Positions 26,469 through 30,786 of a DNA stretch of 30,786 bases are shown piece by piece; position 1 is the first letter of the stretch, and every line of letters starts with the position of its first letter. The translations under genes and the position numbers were made by a program. Source of the DNA: a bacterium (GTDB lineage Bacteria > Arandabacterota > Arandabacteria > Arandabacterales > JALGWA01). The notes beneath the pieces are model-generated. The model did no database searches, was not told where the DNA came from, and saw only the letters and a program-made list of their open reading frames with translations. Location of the stretch: positions 1-30,786 of the forward strand of contig JASFEA010000018.1 in NCBI GenBank assembly GCA_050125095.1, in the 5' to 3' direction.

Positions 26469-27359
26469 ATGCCGCCCGATATAAAGACTCGGAGGGCGGC
26501 GCGGGCTCTTCATGGGCATACGGAGGGACGTCTGAACATCATCGCACGCCATAAGGGCAGGCTATCGGTCCTGGCCCTCGTACTGGCCAATCTCATACCC
26601 ATTGGGGGCGTCCTCTTTCTTGGCTGGAGCGCGGCCAATATAGTACTCCTCTACTGGGCGGAGAACCTGATTGTCGGCTTCTATGCCATTCTCAGGATTG
26701 CCGCCATGCCCGTAGAGAGTCCGCTGGAGCATCTCGGCAAGGTCTTCATGATTCCCTTTTTCATACTCCATTTCGGGGGCTTCTGCGCCGCGCACGGGCT
26801 GTTTCTTATGTTTCTCCTGGGCGCCGGCGGCGAGGCCGAGCCCGTATTCCCTCATATCAACTGGCCCGGCCCCCTGGTCTTCATGCAGCTTCTGGTGTCT
26901 ATAGTGGTTCATCTCTGGAGGACGCGGCCCCCGGAGATGACTCTCCCCCTAATCGTTCTCTTCGCAAGTCACGGGATTTCTTTTGTTGAGAACTACCTCT
27001 GCCGCGGCGAGTACCGGGCGGCCGGCAGCAAGGATCAGATGGCAAGACCCTATAAGCGCGTGGTGATAACCCATATCGCAATCCTCGCGGGCGCAGTGCC
27101 CGTGATGGCCCTGGGCGCGCCTGCTGCGCTGCTGATAGTCCTCATGACAGTGAAGCTGGCATTTGACCTATTCCATCATCTCAAGTCGCACCGGCCGGCG
27201 CGATCCGCAAGCGGGATCGGGACGAAGCGTGGGGGCGTTGGGAAAGAGCCCGGTCGATTCGGAATCGGCGAGATAATTCGCATCCTCAACTCCCGCGGAG
27301 AATCGCTTCGCGAGCCCCGGGTGAGGGATGCTGACAGGGAGAAGGTAAAGCAGGCCTAG
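26469..27359 (+). CDS. DUF6498-like membrane protein (start uncertain)
   Basis: ANLIPIGGVLFLGW, LYWAENLIVG, FFILHFGGFCAAHG and PYKRVVITH. The listed start 26301 overlaps a divergent promoter; ATG 26469 or CTG 26532 (GGAGGG SD) is more plausible. Confidence 0.75.
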   Translation: MPPDIKTRRAARALHGHTEGRLNIIARHKGRLSVLALVLANLIPIGGVLFLGWSAANIVLLYWAENLIVGFYAILRIAAMPVESPLEHLGKVFMIPFFILHFGGFCAAHGLFLMFLLGAGGEAEPVFPHINWPGPLVFMQLLVSIVVHLWRTRPPEMTLPLIVLFASHGISFVENYLCRGEYRAAGSKDQMARPYKRVVITHIAILAGAVPVMALGAPAALLIVLMTVKLAFDLFHHLKSHRPARSASGIGTKRGGVGKEPGRFGIGEIIRILNSRGESLREPRVRDADREKVKQA

Positions 27360-28360
27360 GCCGGGTTCACGAGACCGAAACGTCTCCACATCCTGTCGTG
27401 CGCGACCGCGAATAGCGCAAATATGACCAGAATGGCTGTTCCCGCGTCGGTCGCCGGAAGCACGCGCATGAGCGGATTCATCGTGTTCATTGAGGCATGG
27501 AAGAGCGCCGGCGCCAGTATGCTGCCTCTGGTCCGGTTGTATACCCACATGAAGAGAATCGACCAGCTGGGCATCCAGACCAGCCTGCTCATATACGGCC
27601 ATGGCCCGCTGGAGAACACCGTGTCGAAGGGGAGCTCCCACAGCATGTGAAATCCCCATACGATAAGGCCGGCCGCCAGTGGACAGAAGCGCGCCTGCAA
27701 TCGCGGCAGCGCGAAGCCGCGCCAACCGCTTTCCTCGTTAATGCCGCCCGTGTAGAAGAAGACATGCACGAATGTGATCAGGGAAAGCGAAAAGAGCCCG
27801 AGGCTCATACCCTCTGCCGGTTCGGGGCCGTCGAGCCCTATCACCCGCGTGATGGCGTTCCCGAGTAGGTGTATGAGGGGAAAGGTGAAGAGGGCAATGA
27901 GATACCATATTATGTTGCCTCGCGGACGCACCAGGGTCGAGAGGTAGTCCCGGACACTGGTAACGCGCGAGAATGCGCCCGAGATAACGAAGGCCGGGAA
28001 GAGCGCGCCCAGGCAGCTGATGAGCATGAAACCGGATACGGGAGCGCCGCCGGATGTGCGGGCGAGATAGACGACTGACACGCAGGCGGCGATCACCCAT
28101 GACACGCCGAATGTCAGCCAGCGCTTCGCCCGGCTTCCCCCGCGGTCTCCTGTATCGGATGCCCATGCCACGATGGTTCCCGCAAGGGCGGGGCCGTAGA
28201 GAAGCAGGCGCACCATGAAGAACTGCAGCGTGCGATTGAACGCGCTGTCGCCCCGGGAGAGATAGACTCCCGAGATACCGATGCCAAAGGAGATCACATA
28301 GACAAGGGCGAAAAAGGATATGACCTGGTGACGCCGGATCCAGGCTATTAGGTCTCGCAT
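27356..28360 (-). CDS. CPBP (Abi/CAAX-II) intramembrane glutamic protease
   Basis: EESGWRGFALPRLQ, YNRTRGSIL and FHASMN; many TM helices. Confidence 0.88.
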   Translation of the reverse strand: MRDLIAWIRRHQVISFFALVYVISFGIGISGVYLSRGDSAFNRTLQFFMVRLLLYGPALAGTIVAWASDTGDRGGSRAKRWLTFGVSWVIAACVSVVYLARTSGGAPVSGFMLISCLGALFPAFVISGAFSRVTSVRDYLSTLVRPRGNIIWYLIALFTFPLIHLLGNAITRVIGLDGPEPAEGMSLGLFSLSLITFVHVFFYTGGINEESGWRGFALPRLQARFCPLAAGLIVWGFHMLWELPFDTVFSSGPWPYMSRLVWMPSWSILFMWVYNRTRGSILAPALFHASMNTMNPLMRVLPATDAGTAILVIFALFAVAHDRMWRRFGLVNPA

Positions 28361-28388
28361 AAGTTCTCCCTACGGGGGTGTGGAGACA

Positions 28389-29246
28389 CTATATCCCATC
28401 ACTTGAGTTCTGCGAAGGAGTGATTCCAGTCGCCGCCGGGCCCGTCCAGGAGGCGAGAAAGGCAAGCACAACCGCCGCGGCGTTGTCCGCCGCGAGCTGG
28501 AAGAAGGTGTCTATCTCATTGGCGCCGGGACCGCCGCCTGCCAGGTCGGATAGGGAACGGAAGGCGACATAGGGGATGCCCCGCTCAGCGGCCACCTGGG
28601 CGACGGCCGCGGTTTCCATATCCACCGCATTTGCCTTGAATGTCGTCCAGAGCCAGTTGCGGTATTCGGGGTCGTCAACGAAGAACGAGTTGCTGACGCC
28701 GTTCCCACCGGTTATCACTCTCGGTTCGCTGGTGAGATGAACGCCTTCGGGCGTCGAGTCGATGAGCGCGACCGAGCCGGCAACCGTGATGGCGTGTTCA
28801 AACATCGCGCTATCCACCGGGGTCCAGAATCCATCGGCGCCGGGCTCGAGGTCTCCGTCTGCATTACCCCACCTGCGCGGGATGGTGACATCGCCGATAT
28901 TGAGGTTCGGGTTTATGCCTCCCGCGATACCTGAGAATACAAGTCCGGATACATTGAAGGAGTCGAGTACGGCAGCGGTCGTCTCGGCGGCCCTTTCGAG
29001 ACCTATGCCGCTTAAGAGCAGCACGACGTCTTTCCCGGAGAGCGTACCAACGTAACAGGTCGACTCAACTACCGGTAGGGTGTAGTCGATCACGGCCTGC
29101 GCGCGTAGCCTCGTGAGCTCGGGCGGGTAGGCGGACATAATTGCCAGATATGACCGCGCCTCTTTTTTCTGAACGCCGCCGTCTTCACATCCGAACGCCG
29201 GCGCCAGAAGCGCGATTGACAGTATAAGGGCGATGTATCTTGTCAT
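28389..29246 (-). CDS. mtnN: Lipoprotein of the MTA/SAH nucleosidase (PNP_UDP_1) family
   Basis: GGAGG SD; lipobox AFGC; SGIG, FSGIAGG, IGDV, VDMETAAVAQVA and FRSLSDLAGG. Confidence 0.8.
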   Translation of the reverse strand: MTRYIALILSIALLAPAFGCEDGGVQKKEARSYLAIMSAYPPELTRLRAQAVIDYTLPVVESTCYVGTLSGKDVVLLLSGIGLERAAETTAAVLDSFNVSGLVFSGIAGGINPNLNIGDVTIPRRWGNADGDLEPGADGFWTPVDSAMFEHAITVAGSVALIDSTPEGVHLTSEPRVITGGNGVSNSFFVDDPEYRNWLWTTFKANAVDMETAAVAQVAAERGIPYVAFRSLSDLAGGGPGANEIDTFFQLAADNAAAVVLAFLASWTGPAATGITPSQNSSDGI

Positions 29247-29258
29247 TACGCCTCCAAC

Positions 29259-29336
29259 CCGGCGGTTGCCGCGCCAATGCTGCGGCTGCCGGCACCACCT
29301 CTGCGGTTGCCGGTTCCAGTCCGGCGGTTGCCGCGC
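29259..29336. repeat. Four phased direct repeats of GCGGYTGCCG
   Basis: Core starts at 29262, 29282, 29303 and 29324 (periods 20/21/21); copies 1 and 4 are identical over 16 bp (CCGGCGGTTGCCGCGC). Confidence 0.75.
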
Positions 29337-29372
29337 GACGCCTGTGGCGGGGCCTCTGTCACCATGTCGCCC

Positions 29373-30335
29373 CTACCCGGCCATCGCTTCACTGAGAGCG
29401 GCGAGGTTCCGGGGTATTATCTCCAGTATCCCCAGCAAATCCGACCTCTCCAGTTTCCCGGCCAGCGGGGCCGGGATGCCTTCGGGTACCCTGGGTCCGT
29501 CCTTCGTCCAGATCTTGACGCCTTCAGGGTTGAAATCCAACAGGAATCGGGTTTCGCCCTCTGTGAACTCGACGCCGTTCTCCGTCCAGTATATAACATC
29601 GCGATCCGCGGGACACACCCGCTGGCAGATGAGGCATCCGACCAGGCAGTTGTGCCAGGAGGGATCGAGCCATCCCGGGAACGGGATATTATTGTCCTGT
29701 TCACTGTGATAAGTGATGCATTTTTCGGCCCTGATGAGGAACCGCTCGGGGTCGATGGCCCCGGCCGGGCACTTGTCGGCGCATATGGTGCAGGTCTCGC
29801 AACGGGGCATCATGGCCGGTTCCCGCCAGGTGTCATGTTCGCACGGCATATCGGAGTAGTAGGCGCATAGGCGGTAGAAGCTCCCCAGCCCGTCGATATA
29901 CGTGATGTTGTTCCTGCCGTATTCCGCCAGGCCGCTGCACACGGCAAGCAGCTTCCTGGGCAGGAGGGCTCCGACGGCGCCGTAGCCCCCGGGCTTGAGA
30001 ATGTCGTTGACGGTGTCTTTTGTCCTTCGTTCGATCAGAGACGCGTGCAGGTATGTGGGGGGCACGACCGCGTGGAAGCGCGTGCCGTTCAGGTTGAATG
30101 TGAAGCGAGTCTGTGGTTGCGGGACGGCCACGACGATAAGCGACCCGGGGTCGCGCAGGTCTTCCGGGGGCGAGGGATTGAAAATGTCGCCGTAATTCTC
30201 GAACACCTCAGGCTTCAATGACCCGTCCCTGAGACGCGCCTGCACGTCGGCCTCAATCTCCTCGATGTGCCGGCTCGAGACGACACGGGCGCGGTAACCC
30301 TCGGCCTCAAGTGTCTCAATGAGTTCTGACTGCAT
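29373..30335 (-). CDS. Epoxyqueuosine reductase (QueG)-like 4Fe-4S dicluster protein
   Basis: SGLAEYGRNN, CETCTICADKCPAGAI, AEKCIT and CLVGCLICQRVCP. Confidence 0.8.
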   Translation of the reverse strand: MQSELIETLEAEGYRARVVSSRHIEEIEADVQARLRDGSLKPEVFENYGDIFNPSPPEDLRDPGSLIVVAVPQPQTRFTFNLNGTRFHAVVPPTYLHASLIERRTKDTVNDILKPGGYGAVGALLPRKLLAVCSGLAEYGRNNITYIDGLGSFYRLCAYYSDMPCEHDTWREPAMMPRCETCTICADKCPAGAIDPERFLIRAEKCITYHSEQDNNIPFPGWLDPSWHNCLVGCLICQRVCPADRDVIYWTENGVEFTEGETRFLLDFNPEGVKIWTKDGPRVPEGIPAPLAGKLERSDLLGILEIIPRNLAALSEAMAG

Positions 30336-30346
30336 ATTGTGCCCTT

Positions 30347-30786
30347 CTAGTCTGACTTCGCTTTGGTCTTCCTGTAATGCCTTCTCGCTTTGGCGCGGTT
30401 ACCGCAGTCTTTCATTGAGCACCACCTCCGGCTCCTGTTCTTGCTGGCATCGAAGAATAGCCAGCCGCAGTTATCATCATTGCACTGCCTGATACGATCC
30501 AGCTTGCCTGTCGTAAGAAGGGTCGCCGCCGCCTGGACTATGTACCATAGTGGCCGTTCGAGACTTAGGTCGCTCTCGTCCCAATCCCATTCGAACGAAG
30601 CGGCGGCGGGGACCAGGCGCATCCTGGACAGGGACTCGGAGAGCGCCCCGTTAAGCCGGTCGATGTCCTGCCGGCCGGGCGTGCCGCCATGTGCTATACT
30701 TGAAAACACGCGATATACAAGCTCACGAAGGGCTATCGCCCGCTTCAGCACGGCGTCCGCCATGGCGGGCGACTTCCTGGATTCCC
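30347..30786 (-). CDS. ABATE/CGNR zinc-finger protein; 5' end beyond window
   Basis: RIRQCNDDNCGWLFFDASKNRSRRWCSMKDCGNRAK; the frame stays open upstream of 30763 to the window edge. Confidence 0.88.
   Translation of the reverse strand, partial: ESRKSPAMADAVLKRAIALRELVYRVFSSIAHGGTPGRQDIDRLNGALSESLSRMRLVPAAASFEWDWDESDLSLERPLWYIVQAAATLLTTGKLDRIRQCNDDNCGWLFFDASKNRSRRWCSMKDCGNRAKARRHYRKTKAKSD

Noticed and set aside
29259-29336. Mini CRISPR array
   Set aside because: Repeats and spacers are only about 10 nt each, and there are no cas genes.
29373-30335. Reductive dehalogenase
   Set aside because: No Tat signal or RdhB anchor gene; length and motifs fit QueG-like proteins.
1-30786. Selenocysteine/pyrrolysine read-through, frameshifted pseudogenes, prophage or defence genes
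   Set aside because: All recognised genes look full length with ordinary stops, and I recognised no integrase, transposase, RT, nuclease or phage motifs.

Overview
GC-rich bacterial chromosomal window with about 24 CDSs, two of them cut by the window edges. I found no rRNA, tRNA, CRISPR array, transposase or integrase. The content is mostly envelope and secreted proteins: a C25 (gingipain-type) propeptide protein, two proteins with T9SS-type-A/FlgD-Ig C-terminal domains, a carbohydrate-binding protein ending in a short TWGxIK tail, lipoproteins, a DUF5916/CBM9-like outer-membrane protein, a MacAB-type exporter, and DASS and MFS transporters. Accessory enzymes include two aldo/keto reductases and PanE-, PqqB-, MTAN-, QueG- and CPBP-like proteins. 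This mix suggests a diderm FCB-group candidate lineage (inference). The best leads are non-coding or motif-level: (1) a ~190-nt densely base-paired intergenic RNA candidate at 11774-11960 followed by an RBS-sequestering hairpin; (2) the short C-terminal TWGxIK putative sorting signal occurring alongside T9SS-like CTDs; (3) a long structured leader with three SD motifs and a coupled uORF; (4) a consensus sigma-54 promoter with a palindromic enhancer; (5) an alpha/beta-hydrolase-TPR protein that appears to lack its catalytic triad; (6) GGGGWCAGGT REP-like palindromes and a ~21-bp-phased repeat array. All family calls come from motif recognition by eye; no searches or folding programs were run.
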